A stretch of DNA of 64,000 nucleotides from an uncultured Planctomycetaceae bacterium (lineage in GTDB: Bacteria; Planctomycetota; Phycisphaerae; SM23-33), in NCBI GenBank assembly GCA_964385465.1, contig CAYLPJ010000028.1, positions 11,789 to 75,788 of the forward strand. Direction: 5' to 3'. Positions 62,953 through 64,000 of this stretch are shown here, piece after piece; position 1 is the stretch's first letter; the number at the start of each line of letters is the position of its first letter. The notes below the pieces were generated by a model. That model did not search any database. It was not told the origin of the DNA and saw nothing but the letters and a program-made list of their open reading frames with translations. The position numbers and the translations under genes were made by a program.

Positions 62953-64000
62953 TTTCGCCGCCCTCCGTCGCCTGCTGGTACTGTCGGATCTTCTTGGCCG
63001 CCAGCAGGCACGGCCTGCGGGCGATGACCAGCGCCAGCTCGCCGCTGGCCAGGTCGTCGACGATCGTCTTGGCGAGGCCCTCGGGGTCCTTCGACGGGTC
63101 GATCACGCTGACCCGCTCGATGCCCATCGCCCGGGCGAGGTCCTCGAAGACCAGTTGATTCGTCGGCCGGTGGTCCAAGGTCCGCCCGGTGCCCGGGTGC
63201 TCCTGCATGCCGGTCATCGCGGTGGTGCTGTTGTCGAGGATGACCACCACGTGCCCGGTCGGCGGGGGGTTGTAGACCATCTCGACCAGCCCGGTGATGC
63301 CGCTGTGGACGAACGTGCTGTCGCCGATGACGCTGACGACCTTCTTCGCCTCGGCCTCCGGCAGGGCGTGGCGAAGCCCCAGCCCCACGCCGATGCTCGC
63401 GCCCATGCACACGCAGGTGTGCAGGGCCTGCCACGGCGGCAGGGCGCCCAGCGTGTAGCAGCCGATGTCGCCGGTGACGATGCAGCCCTGGTCGCGGAGG
63501 ATGTCGAACGTCGTGCGGTGCGGGCAGCCCGGGCAGAGCTGCGGCGGCTTGCCCTTCGGCGGCGCCGGCTCGGGGCTGACGTCCCCGGCCAGGATCCGCC
63601 GGACCCGGGCGACGTTCAGCTCGCCGAAGCGGTACGGCTCGGGCTTGCCCTCGACCGCCAGCCCCGCCGCCCGGAGGTCGTCGACGAGCACCGGGTCGCC
63701 TTCCTCGACGACCACGCAGCGATCGACGATCTCGACGAAATCCCGGATCTTCCCGATCGGCAGGGGGTAGGTGAGGTCCAGCTTCATCACGCTGGCTTCG
63801 GGGGCCGCCTCCCGGGCGTGCGCGTAGGCCACGCCCGAGGCGATGATCCCGAGCTTCCCGTCGCCGTCGATCACCCGGTTCAGGTCCGACTGCTCGTTCC
63901 AGGCCTGAAGGTCCGCCAGCTTCTCCCGCAGCCGCCGGTGGGCGGGGCGTGCCATGGCGGGCACCATGACGCGGGCGGGGATGTCGACCTCGAAGTGCGG
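62945..64000 (-). CDS. iorA: Indolepyruvate ferredoxin oxidoreductase subunit alpha, C-terminal TPP-binding part (the 5' end continues beyond the right window edge)
   Basis: 'CPGCPHRTTFDILRDQGCIVTGDIGCYTLGA...VCMGASIGVGLG...VVSVIGDSTFVHSGITGLVEMVYN...VVILDNSTTAMTGMQ'. The frame stays open upstream of the listed Met through position 64000. It overlaps iorB by 8 nt. Confidence 0.85.
   Translation of the reverse strand, partial: PHFEVDIPARVMVPAMARPAHRRLREKLADLQAWNEQSDLNRVIDGDGKLGIIASGVAYAHAREAAPEASVMKLDLTYPLPIGKIRDFVEIVDRCVVVEEGDPVLVDDLRAAGLAVEGKPEPYRFGELNVARVRRILAGDVSPEPAPPKGKPPQLCPGCPHRTTFDILRDQGCIVTGDIGCYTLGALPPWQALHTCVCMGASIGVGLGLRHALPEAEAKKVVSVIGDSTFVHSGITGLVEMVYNPPPTGHVVVILDNSTTAMTGMQEHPGTGRTLDHRPTNQLVFEDLARAMGIERVSVIDPSKDPEGLAKTIVDDLASGELALVIARRPCLLAAKKIRQYQQATEGGENG

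Overview
This is a high-GC (about 70%) bacterial chromosomal segment. Gene content and protein style point to Planctomycetota: giant FG-GAP/RTX/PKD surface-type proteins, a DUF1559-like protein, and N-termini carrying an LEPR-x-LL-like motif. The window is dominated by two giant genes transcribed away from each other. (1) A minus-strand ORF starts at 21997 and runs off the left edge. It is at least 7,332 codons in a single frame. It is absent from the supplied ORF track because it has no stop inside the window. The long plus-strand ORFs over 1-22000 are its antisense shadows. (2) A plus-strand ORF at 42563..59041 encodes a complete 5,492-aa protein. Both giants lack a classical Sec signal peptide, but they share an N-terminal 'FEPLE(P/E)R(I/L)LL(S/T)' motif and a putative sigma70-like promoter with an identical 'TTGACACCC' -35 box. 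Between them lies a 20-kb housekeeping block: anmK, a DUF123/GIY-YIG-like gene, a DUF1559-like gene, a lone ABC ATPase, dnaK with a strong terminator hairpin, a lipoprotein alpha/beta hydrolase, a fliS-like gene, a GT2 glycosyltransferase, rsmE, a large glycoside-hydrolase-like gene, a CheY-type response regulator and an M16 peptidase. A fliS-like gene is hidden inside a longer spurious ORF. A four-gene operon with overlapping stops and starts follows: cyclodeaminase, a Zn-ribbon hypothetical, a lipoprotein and an RDD membrane protein. The right end carries a minus-strand iorA-iorB-paaK-ACT-paaK operon (indolepyruvate oxidoreductase plus two phenylacetate-CoA ligases). An orphan FG-GAP-repeat coding remnant sits in the intergenic region upstream of giant gene 1. 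I found no rRNA, tRNA, CRISPR array or obvious mobile element. Coordinates derived from block counting may be off by one.
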